From: a virus
Lineage: Duplodnaviria > Heunggongvirae > Uroviricota > Caudoviricetes
IMG/VR virus record: IMGVR_UViG_3300029983_000009
Span: 128,001 to 168,159 of that record
Direction: 5' to 3' (one strand)
Length of the DNA stretch: 40,159 bases
Under the pieces are notes generated by a model that saw only the letters and a program-made list of their open reading frames with translations, did no database searches and was not told the origin of the DNA. The position numbers and the translations under genes were made by a program. Below, in pieces: positions 19,234 through 26,560 of the stretch (position 1 is its first letter; each line of letters opens with the position of its first letter).

Positions 19234-19614
19234 ATGGAAAAATACACTAAAATATATGAAGATATTAAAAAGGAAAAATGGGATAATTATTGTATAATTA
19301 TAAGTTATTCTAATGTAGATGATGGTGAAGATCCAGATGTTTATCTTTGTGATAATGAAAATCAAGGATTTATATATCTTAAAAATTTAATTTATAATTC
19401 ATATCATAATCAAATTGATATAGATTTTTACAAATCAATGCTAATTGAATATAGTAGTGCAGAAAATCTTAATGACTTATATGAAATTTATATGTCTAGA
19501 AATAGAGATATAAAAGTTATGCTAATTTATTGTGAATTAAATGAAAACATTGAACTTGAAAAATGGATAATAGATTTTGAAATAGTAAACACATCTAGTA
19601 AATTTAATTTATAA
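19234..19614 (+). CDS. KFN(I/L) family protein
   Basis: MEKYTKIYED ... SSKFNL. Confidence 0.55.
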   Translation: MEKYTKIYEDIKKEKWDNYCIIISYSNVDDGEDPDVYLCDNENQGFIYLKNLIYNSYHNQIDIDFYKSMLIEYSSAENLNDLYEIYMSRNRDIKVMLIYCELNENIELEKWIIDFEIVNTSSKFNL

Positions 19615-19615
19615 T

Positions 19616-20281
19616 ATGAAACACATAAAATATTTTGAGAATATATATGATATAAATAAAGATGAAAATAGACTTTTAACTTTAAGCTATCATGAAAATG
19701 AATTAACTTTACCTATATTTAAAAAATTTCTTGATGAACATAAAAACATTAATATTAATGTTCAAAATGCTGATCGTGGTTGGACTCCTTTATTAATTGC
19801 GGTTAATAATAATGGATTTGAATTTGCTAAAATGCTTCTTGATAGAGGAGCAGATCCAAATATTTTTTCTAATACACCAGAACTTGGAAAATTTCCATTT
19901 GATAATGACTCAGTAATGAAAAAAATGATAGATACTGCACATGAATTAGATCATCAATCTAATGATTTTATAAATGAGTATTGGAATTTTTTAGATACAT
20001 TAATTCCATTTACAGATTTAGATAAACAGACAGAAATTTTCAAAAGAACTCCATTAATTATAGTTGCAGAAAATATAGGAATTAGAATAAATACTGAAGT
20101 TGGTTTAAAATTAATGAAAAATTTTCTGAAAGAAAAACCAAATTTGAGTATAAAAGATAATAAAGATTATGACTTTATAGATCATTTGATTAGAAAATCA
20201 AATTATGATATTATTGAAGAATTAAGTAATGAATTTAATAGTGTTGATTTATTATATAAATCTAAAAAATTTAATATATAA
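19616..20281 (+). CDS. MKxIKTYE...KFN(I/L) family protein carrying ankyrin repeats
   Basis: MKHIKYFENI. Ankyrin signature GWTPLLIAVNNNGFEFAKMLLDRGADPN. The end is KSKKFNI. Confidence 0.65.
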   Translation: MKHIKYFENIYDINKDENRLLTLSYHENELTLPIFKKFLDEHKNININVQNADRGWTPLLIAVNNNGFEFAKMLLDRGADPNIFSNTPELGKFPFDNDSVMKKMIDTAHELDHQSNDFINEYWNFLDTLIPFTDLDKQTEIFKRTPLIIVAENIGIRINTEVGLKLMKNFLKEKPNLSIKDNKDYDFIDHLIRKSNYDIIEELSNEFNSVDLLYKSKKFNI

Positions 20282-20299
20282 AAAATATTTAATAATACA

Positions 20300-20338
20300 A
20301 AAAAAGCATAAAGATAATTTACTTTATGCTTTTTTTAT
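20300..20338 (+). terminator. hairpin plus T-tract terminating the family array
   Basis: AAAAAGCATAAAG-ataattta-CTTTATGCTTTTTTT. Confidence 0.55.
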
Positions 20339-20359
20339 TTTTAATCAATAATAAATTAT

Positions 20360-20367
20360 TATCTTTG
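20360..20367 (+). promoter_or_regulatory. TAnnTTTG box (TATCTTTG)
   Basis: Lies 19 nt upstream of the ATG at 20387. The same octamer recurs at 24034 and 28082. Confidence 0.35.
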
Positions 20368-20386
20368 TATTCAAATCACTGAATTT

Positions 20387-20710
20387 ATGGAAAATATAAA
20401 TATATCAGATAAAGAACAATACACATTTGAAAAATATCCAAAATTATCATCCAGTAAATTTACATATGAAAATAGTTGTAGAAACATAGGATGTCAATTT
20501 CCAGATTTTTATAAAATTGAAAGCGGAAATGATAGAAATTGGACTATACTTGGTTATACATTAAATCCACCTTTTGATAGTAATGTAAAAGAGCCTCTTG
20601 CTATAATGTATGAAAATACTAAAACATTTGATATTGTTTGGTATCATCACGATTTAGATATGTTTAAAGAAGTGAAAGTTAGTATATTAAAAAATAACAT
20701 TAATAGATAA
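20387..20710 (+). CDS. hypothetical protein (107 aa)
   Basis: ORF preceded by a TATCTTTG box at 20360-20367. Confidence 0.5.
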   Translation: MENINISDKEQYTFEKYPKLSSSKFTYENSCRNIGCQFPDFYKIESGNDRNWTILGYTLNPPFDSNVKEPLAIMYENTKTFDIVWYHHDLDMFKEVKVSILKNNINR

Positions 20711-20711
20711 T

Positions 20712-20939
20712 ATGGAAAATGGATTTTATTTTTGTGTTCTAAAACAATATCCTGATGAACAATTTAAAGTTAAAGTAGAATGGAGAGGAGTTAATAGGAC
20801 TAGAATAACTTTTCCAAACGGCACTCCAACTATAGATGAATGTGGATATTCTAAAATATACTTTACTGATGAATTTCTTAATGTATATGAATTATTAGAT
20901 TATATTCGGCCAATTAATCATGAAGATTTATTAGATTAA
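20712..20939 (+). CDS. hypothetical protein (75 aa)
   Basis: ORF 1 nt after the upstream stop. Followed by a terminator hairpin. Confidence 0.45.
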   Translation: MENGFYFCVLKQYPDEQFKVKVEWRGVNRTRITFPNGTPTIDECGYSKIYFTDEFLNVYELLDYIRPINHEDLLD

Positions 20940-20944
20940 AAAAT

Positions 20945-20985
20945 AAAGATTAGTAATAAATTACTAATCTTTATAAATTTTTAAT
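20945..20985. terminator. bidirectional hairpin between convergent genes
   Basis: AGATTAGTAA-taaa-TTACTAATCT followed by a T-rich tract. Confidence 0.45.
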
Positions 20986-22194
20986 CAATTCTTTAAAATG
21001 TTTATCAAATATAACTTTAACTTTATCATAATTAGACTTAGAGCATACTATTGAATCATGAACAGTAAATAATACAATATTAGGATACGTTTCATATATT
21101 TCTTTTAATACCACATTAAATATGAAATTACTTTCCATTTTTTGTAGTTCATGAGATAATTCTTTATAATTTTTTTTATTTTCTTTGAATTCTAAAATAT
21201 ATTCATAAACAGATGGATATAATTTCTGAAATATCTTATTCAATTTTTTGTTTGTTTTTAAATTATTACCAAACAATACTTTATACATAAGTTCTTTAGC
21301 TTCATATCTTTCAGTTAACTTAGAATTCTTAATAATATCTTCATATATTAATCCTTCTTTTACTAACTCAAAATATCTTTTCGTGTCACCATTTATTTCA
21401 GATAAATCTTTTTTTAATAGAACTGCAAAGAATAATGGCTGAGAGTTTTTAATGTCAATTTCAGAAATCATCTCATTCTCAATACTCAAATATTGTGTTC
21501 TAATTTCTTTTTTAAGAATTGTAAAATTTGTATGAAATCTACCATAATCATCAAAATTAAAATAAATACTTTTGGAATTTATATTTTCAATTGATATTAA
21601 ATTTTTCTGATATTTAGGCTCACACATTTCTCCGCTTTTTCTTCTATCATTAAGAAGCTTCAATGCACCATCATAATCAATATCAACCTTAGTTAATGAT
21701 TCTATTATTTTTACTCTTATATCTACTTGGATAGAGCTAAAACTCATCTCTGTGATAGATGTTTCATACCTATTATTGATTTTTTTCAATAACATATTAT
21801 CATAGTTTTTCCATCTTAATACATCATATGTATACTCAATATTTAATTTATATGTCTTAGTTTTCTTACCTACACAATAATTAGATACCATGCTCATAAA
21901 TCCTTGCTCACATAAATAATTTATATAATAATTATAATGTTCTCCATATCTTTTTTTTAATATGATTGATGATAATTTAAACTTAGAATCAGTATTATTA
22001 CTAAAATAATATTTGATAATAAGCTCATGTACAATATTAATAAGATATGAGCATTTTAAATTTATACCTTTATATTCTAATTTTTTTTGCTGAGTTAAAT
22101 ACTGAAAGTCCTTTGAAACAAATTGCCAAATATAATCACTAGATTTTGAAACCACTGAATGTAATTTTTTCTTTAATATAGAAGATTTGAGCAT
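20971..22194 (-). CDS. family A (Pol I-like) DNA polymerase, catalytic domain only, with no exonuclease domain
   Basis: 407 aa. Motif A ISEIDIKNSQPLFFAVLLKKD matches Klenow VSADYSQIELRIMAHLSRD. NGDTKRYFE matches EGKDIHRATA. Motif B TERYEAKELMYKVLFG matches SEQRRSAKAINFGLIYG. Motif C LFTVHDSIV matches MQVHDELV. The motifs fall in the order A, B, C with Pol I-like spacing. Confidence 0.6.
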   Translation of the reverse strand: MLKSSILKKKLHSVVSKSSDYIWQFVSKDFQYLTQQKKLEYKGINLKCSYLINIVHELIIKYYFSNNTDSKFKLSSIILKKRYGEHYNYYINYLCEQGFMSMVSNYCVGKKTKTYKLNIEYTYDVLRWKNYDNMLLKKINNRYETSITEMSFSSIQVDIRVKIIESLTKVDIDYDGALKLLNDRRKSGEMCEPKYQKNLISIENINSKSIYFNFDDYGRFHTNFTILKKEIRTQYLSIENEMISEIDIKNSQPLFFAVLLKKDLSEINGDTKRYFELVKEGLIYEDIIKNSKLTERYEAKELMYKVLFGNNLKTNKKLNKIFQKLYPSVYEYILEFKENKKNYKELSHELQKMESNFIFNVVLKEIYETYPNIVLFTVHDSIVCSKSNYDKVKVIFDKHFKELIKNL

Positions 22195-22293
22195 TTTTGT
22201 TTTATTAAATATTTATTTATTTCAATGTATATTTTTAAATAAATTATAAACTTTTAATAATAACTAAAATATAAACAACAAACAATTAAAGAC

Positions 22294-22479
22294 ATGAACA
22301 CACTTATATTTATATTAAATATTCTTTTTCTGATAGTAATGATGACTTTAGTATCATTAAACATAAAATATGGAGATAAATCACCAATATTTAAAATATT
22401 TGGAATAATAATAATATCAGTATTAATTTTAACCGCACTATCATATGCATTATTTAATACACCAATAATGGCATTATAA
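22294..22479 (+). CDS. small two-helix membrane protein (61 aa)
   Basis: Two hydrophobic stretches LIFILNILFLIVMMTLVSL and IFGIIIISVLILTALSYALF. Confidence 0.4.
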   Translation: MNTLIFILNILFLIVMMTLVSLNIKYGDKSPIFKIFGIIIISVLILTALSYALFNTPIMAL

Positions 22480-22521
22480 ATAATAAATATAATTTTATTT
22501 TGATTATCTAAATAATTGTAT

Positions 22522-22529
22522 TATCTTTA
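22522..22529 (+). promoter_or_regulatory. TAnnTTTA variant box (TATCTTTA)
   Basis: Lies 24 nt upstream of the ATG at 22554. Confidence 0.25.
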
Positions 22530-22553
22530 CAGTCAATTTTAAAATATATTGTA

Positions 22554-23000
22554 ATGAAAAGATTTATAACCATCTCTCAAAATGAAAAAGATTTTTTTAA
22601 AATGATTAATCAAACTGAAAGCGGATTTGATTTAATTGCTACAACAGATCATGCAATGGAATCATTATTAAAGAATATAAATTTTAATAATCAAGATGAT
22701 GAAATTTATATTGCATGGCAGCAAAAATTCAGAACTGAGAACTATTCATTATATAGAAAATGTATTTTTTCAAAACCAGAAAATAATTTTTTTAAATCAC
22801 CAGGATTATACTCAATCAACAAAAAATGTGGAATGAAAATGCATGTTAGTTGTTCTGGTATATCTTATTTTACATCTAATAAAACATTTATAAATAAAAA
22901 TGTTAGATATTCTACTCACACATATAAAGATTCAAAATTATTAACTAGAATGCTAAAAATTGGAGAGTTAAACTCAACTGAATATGAAAATAACTATTAA
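22554..23000 (+). CDS. hypothetical protein (148 aa)
   Basis: ORF preceded by a TATCTTTA box. Confidence 0.5.
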   Translation: MKRFITISQNEKDFFKMINQTESGFDLIATTDHAMESLLKNINFNNQDDEIYIAWQQKFRTENYSLYRKCIFSKPENNFFKSPGLYSINKKCGMKMHVSCSGISYFTSNKTFINKNVRYSTHTYKDSKLLTRMLKIGELNSTEYENNY

Positions 23001-23325
23001 AAAAGGAATTATACCTAATAATATAATCAGACAAATAAAACTTGAGAATATTAATGGTACGAATATAAATAAAGATCCAATAATATACAATTATGGAACT
23101 CAGCCTGAAAATTCAGATGAAGATATTAGGGATCTTCATTTATTTTGCATATCAATTACAATGAGTTTAGTTGGAGGTAGCATACTAATAAATGAAACTG
23201 ATAGAATAGAATATAAGAAATCACAAGATTCTATTAATATAAATACAGAATTAATAAAAATAAGTAATTATATTTCTAATGATAAAAGATGTAATCCTGA
23301 TAAATATAAAAAGAGTAATAATTAA
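22984..23325 (+). CDS. hypothetical protein (113 aa)
   Basis: ORF with a terminator hairpin at its 3' end. Confidence 0.45.
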   Translation: MKITIKKGIIPNNIIRQIKLENINGTNINKDPIIYNYGTQPENSDEDIRDLHLFCISITMSLVGGSILINETDRIEYKKSQDSININTELIKISNYISNDKRCNPDKYKKSNN

Positions 23326-23342
23326 TTATTACTCTTTTTTAT
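23308..23342 (+). terminator. hairpin plus T6
   Basis: AAGAGTAATAA-ttaa-TTATTACTCTTTTTT. Confidence 0.5.
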
Positions 23343-23392
23343 TTAACAACTTTTGATTTTTATAATAATACAATATTATAAAAAATTATATT

Positions 23393-23989
23393 ATGGCATT
23401 AGGGAAAAAAGTTGTGGATAAAAATAAAACCTCAAAAAAAGATGACGCACCAATAGTATTAGTCAAAGGTGAAGATTTCTCAAAAAAATTAAATAATTTT
23501 ATCACACTCAAAGATGAAATTAAAACAAAAACATCAGAACAAAAATTAATAGATAATTATATTAAAGAAATTGGGCTTAAAGAATATATAAATCTATATA
23601 ATTCAATGAAATGTAATCCAGAAACTATCAAGTTACAAAGTGACGATGGTAAAAAAATTATGTTTTTAGCTATGAAAAAATATTCAGGCACAATTGATGA
23701 AGAAAGAGCGGAAGAACTTCGTGAAAAATATGGTGATGATTTTATAGTAGAAAAATCTGAAGTTATCATGAACAATGAAATATTAGATAAACATAATGAT
23801 AAACTTGAAGAACTTATCATGAGTGCTGATTTTATGACAGATGACGAAAAAGATGATTTATTTATAAATAAGATTACATACAGTATTAAAAATGAAGCTC
23901 TTGATGACGCATTTATTATAGCTAAAGGAAATGTAAATGAATTTATTAGTGACATAAGTCCTGTTCTGATGTTAAAAGATACTAAATGA
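23393..23989 (+). CDS. hypothetical acidic protein (198 aa)
   Basis: ORF. Confidence 0.5.
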   Translation: MALGKKVVDKNKTSKKDDAPIVLVKGEDFSKKLNNFITLKDEIKTKTSEQKLIDNYIKEIGLKEYINLYNSMKCNPETIKLQSDDGKKIMFLAMKKYSGTIDEERAEELREKYGDDFIVEKSEVIMNNEILDKHNDKLEELIMSADFMTDDEKDDLFINKITYSIKNEALDDAFIIAKGNVNEFISDISPVLMLKDTK

Positions 23990-24033
23990 TTTATATATTT
24001 ATCTCTTAATTTTCATATATCACAAAAAACATG

Positions 24034-24041
24034 TATCTTTG
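24034..24041 (+). promoter_or_regulatory. TAnnTTTG box (TATCTTTG) driving the micro-ORF and repeat locus
   Basis: Identical octamer to 20360. No long ORF lies downstream. Confidence 0.35.
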
Positions 24042-24087
24042 CATTGTAATTAAAACTCAATATATAAACTCTAAAAAATTATTTAAT

Positions 24088-24123
24088 ATGATAAAAAGTT
24101 GTAATTCACCGCCAAGGCAATAA
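24088..24123 (+). other. micro-ORF 1, encoding MIKSCNSPPRQ
   Basis: ATG...TAA. GC-rich core TCACCGCCAAGG inside an AT-rich spacer. A TATCTTTG box lies about 50 nt upstream. Confidence 0.3.
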
Positions 24124-24304
24124 ACTATAAATTATAATAAACTAATAGATAAAGCCAAAAAAGCAAAATTATAGATAAATAATAGATAATATAGAAAATA
24201 TAGAAAATATAGAAAATATGAAAACTAGTTGCAACTCACCGCCAAGGTAATAGATATAAAATATAAAATATAAAATATAATAGATAAAGCCAAAAAAGCA
24301 AAAA
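24097..24304 (+). repeat. ~130-bp direct repeat in two copies, with embedded 9-nt and 8-nt tandem triplets
   Basis: AGTTGYAAYTCACCGCCAAGG...TAATAGATAAAGCCAAAAAAGCAAAA occurs at 24097-24168 and again at 24227-24304. Between the copies lie (AAAATATAG)x3 and (AATATAAA)x3. Confidence 0.6.
24218..24250 (+). other. micro-ORF 2, encoding MKTSCNSPPR
   Basis: Second copy of a ~130-bp direct repeat. Within the CNSPPR codons it differs from copy 1 only at two synonymous third positions (tgt/tgc and aat/aac). Confidence 0.3.
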
Positions 24305-24305
24305 T

Positions 24306-24344
24306 GAAAAAAAAGTCATTCTTAAATATAAGAATGACTTTTTC
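24306..24344. terminator. bidirectional hairpin serving the micro-ORF locus on the plus strand and gene 24362..24838 on the minus strand
   Basis: AAAAAAAAGTCATTCTTA-aatat-TAAGAATGACTTTTT. Confidence 0.5.
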
Positions 24345-24361
24345 CATATAATTTAATTGTA

Positions 24362-24838
24362 TTATACTTCTTCTGCTGCTTCTTGAGCATTTTCTAATTT
24401 CTTAGCAAGATTAATACCTTCTTCACCTAATTCTCCATTATTCAATTTATCAATAATATCGTTGTAATGTTTTAACTCAATGTTAACTTCATCAACAACT
24501 TCTTCATCAACATCTTTTCTTTTAAATAATGATGCACTTTTTTGTCCTAATCTTGTTATTAAATCTGCAAATTCCTTACCACGCTCACCTAATTTATAAT
24601 TTCTAAGTAATTCTATTGCTCCACTAGTTGCTACAGAAGCAATGTTTCTTCCAATTAAGCCTACCGCTAATGCATCAATTGAAATCCCTAGCCAATAATA
24701 AACTTGCTCTAATGAACTTAATGATGACGCATGAGTAAATAATTCAGCCCATACATTTTCATTTATTTTATCTTTGTTTTCTTTGTTTTCTTTGTTTTCT
24801 TCTGATACAAATGAATCAAAATATTTAATTTTTTTCAT
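24362..24838 (-). CDS. hypothetical protein with an ENKENKENK repeat
   Basis: N-terminus MKKIKYFDSF resembles the family N-terminus. The tandem tttctttgtt repeat in the DNA encodes ENKENK. Confidence 0.5.
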   Translation of the reverse strand: MKKIKYFDSFVSEENKENKENKDKINENVWAELFTHASSLSSLEQVYYWLGISIDALAVGLIGRNIASVATSGAIELLRNYKLGERGKEFADLITRLGQKSASLFKRKDVDEEVVDEVNIELKHYNDIIDKLNNGELGEEGINLAKKLENAQEAAEEV

Positions 24839-24879
24839 AATTCTTATTTTATTTTTATTTTATAACCTATATATAAATT

Positions 24880-25404
24880 TTATATATTGAATTTATCAGC
24901 ATTTAATATATATGATAATTCTTTTTTTACATTAGAACTAAAATTGTCTGAATATTTTTTATAATATTCTTTAAATTTTGATAAATCTGTGAAATTAGAT
25001 ACTACTTCAATTATTTTATTATCCAATTTATCAATCAAATCAGGTTTATAATATTTATAAATTTTATCCTCTATCTTAAATATTGAATTTCTATTAACTT
25101 GTGTAGAAGAATTAATATTTTTTTCTTTAATAAATTTATCTATATTATTGTAAAAACTATTTTTATCAGAATATGAATTATTTATTCCAATAAGATTATT
25201 GAAAATTGTTCTATATTCAAATCTATCGTATTCTAGTTCAGATAAAGTTAAGATATCAATTTTATCTAAAATGTTCAATTTTTTTATATAATCAGTCATA
25301 AAATCAGTGAGTAAATTATCTTCTTCTGTAGTTAAATATTTATATTCTGAGCGTTTATTGTAATCAGATGACTCTCTTCCTTCAAATGTTTTTAAATATT
25401 TCAT
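24880..25404 (-). CDS. MKxIKTYE...KFN(I/L) family protein
   Basis: MKYLKTFEGR ... ADKFNI. Confidence 0.55.
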   Translation of the reverse strand: MKYLKTFEGRESSDYNKRSEYKYLTTEEDNLLTDFMTDYIKKLNILDKIDILTLSELEYDRFEYRTIFNNLIGINNSYSDKNSFYNNIDKFIKEKNINSSTQVNRNSIFKIEDKIYKYYKPDLIDKLDNKIIEVVSNFTDLSKFKEYYKKYSDNFSSNVKKELSYILNADKFNI

Positions 25405-25736
25405 ATATTAAATTTTTTTGTTTCTAACTTCATTTTTAATTCCTCAATTGTTTTACTATGTTCAACTATTCTACGAATATCAAAATTTCTTGTACATAAA
25501 TCATTTTTAATATTAAAATAACTTTTTATACTTTCAGGTACGTCATCATATAATACATAAATATCAGTATTTTTATGCCTATTATCAATACTGTATATTT
25601 TTCCAATCGTACTATTTATAAAATTTTCTATATCTGTCAGTTTTTGAGTATACTTAGATATATTAATTTTAACTAATACATAATCTCCAACTGTTAATTC
25701 ATCTTCTATATTTTCATAAAATTTAAAAATTTTCAT
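25401..25736 (-). CDS. MKxIKTYE...KFN(I/L) family protein
   Basis: MKIFKFYENI...GDYVLV... ending TKKFNI. ATGA overlap with the downstream member. Confidence 0.55.
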   Translation of the reverse strand: MKIFKFYENIEDELTVGDYVLVKINISKYTQKLTDIENFINSTIGKIYSIDNRHKNTDIYVLYDDVPESIKSYFNIKNDLCTRNFDIRRIVEHSKTIEELKMKLETKKFNI

Positions 25737-25787
25737 AACATATATATAATTTTTGTAGTATTGTTTTTTTATTCCAAAATATTGTTG

Positions 25788-25795
25788 TATATTTG
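25788..25795 (+). promoter_or_regulatory. TAnnTTTG box (TATATTTG)
   Basis: Lies 38 nt upstream of the ATG at 25834. Confidence 0.3.
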
Positions 25796-25833
25796 TTTAA
25801 AATATAGTACTTAAATCACTAAATAATAATATC

Positions 25834-26061
25834 ATGAAAAAGAAGGCAATAATTTTAATCTCGGTTATGATTGGATATCCTATCATTGGTTGTTTAATTG
25901 GCGCATTAATGTATTCATTTACAGGTGCATTATTAGGATTTTTATTAGGTGTAGTATTAGATTTTATTTTTATGGAAATGTTAAAATGCATAACTCATGG
26001 AGAAAAACTATATGAAGAATATGAAAACATTGGTAGTACATCCAATCGACAGAACGACTGA
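25834..26061 (+). CDS. small two-helix membrane protein (75 aa), holin-like topology
   Basis: Hydrophobic stretches IILISVMIGYPIIGCLIGALMY and LLGFLLGVVLDFIFM. A TATATTTG box lies at 25788-25795. Confidence 0.4.
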   Translation: MKKKAIILISVMIGYPIIGCLIGALMYSFTGALLGFLLGVVLDFIFMEMLKCITHGEKLYEEYENIGSTSNRQND

Positions 26062-26551
26062 TTCTTTATCTGAAATTTACAAAGGAAAAGATTGGAAAAT
26101 CATTAGATCAATACCGTCAAAATCTGAACTCAAGAGATTAATAAAATCTCATGATAGAATTATTATGATGGGACATGGTTGTCCTAATGGATTATTGTCT
26201 GCTGATAAAAAAAGACTTATTATTGATTCAAGCATGGTTCAATTTCTTAGAGATAAACAGTGTATTGGAATATGGTGTTATGCTGACCAATTTTTCAGAA
26301 AATATAAAATTCCATACGCATGTACAGGAATGATAATTTCTGAATATGATGAAGCTATAGATAATTGTATAAGTTGTTGTTTGAAAGATATTGATGATTC
26401 AAATGAAAAATTTGCTAAAACAATAGCAGAAAATATAGATAATGATTTATTTATTGATTTAGTTATTGAAAATTATAAAATTGAATTGAATCCGATCGTA
26501 GAATTCAATTCAAAAAACATATTTAAATGGAATAATGGCTATTATTATTGA
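25997..26551 (+). CDS. hypothetical protein (184 aa)
   Basis: ORF that overlaps the preceding small membrane-protein gene in another frame. Confidence 0.45.
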   Translation: MEKNYMKNMKTLVVHPIDRTTDSLSEIYKGKDWKIIRSIPSKSELKRLIKSHDRIIMMGHGCPNGLLSADKKRLIIDSSMVQFLRDKQCIGIWCYADQFFRKYKIPYACTGMIISEYDEAIDNCISCCLKDIDDSNEKFAKTIAENIDNDLFIDLVIENYKIELNPIVEFNSKNIFKWNNGYYY

Positions 26552-26560
26552 AAATTAAAA

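Noticed and set aside
16390-20285. TAAATG at gene starts read as poxvirus-type late promoters
   Set aside because: The TAA is the in-frame stop codon of the upstream family gene, fused to the next ATG, and ATGA overlaps also occur. That points to translational coupling in an operon. The hairpin terminators, TAnnTTTG boxes and gp32 homolog all favour a phage.
24180-24290. Possible CRISPR array, from the short tandem repeats AAAATATAG x3 and AATATAAA x3
   Set aside because: The units are 8-9 nt with no spacers. They are simple AT-rich microsatellite-like triplets inside the 130-bp duplicated locus. No cas genes are present.
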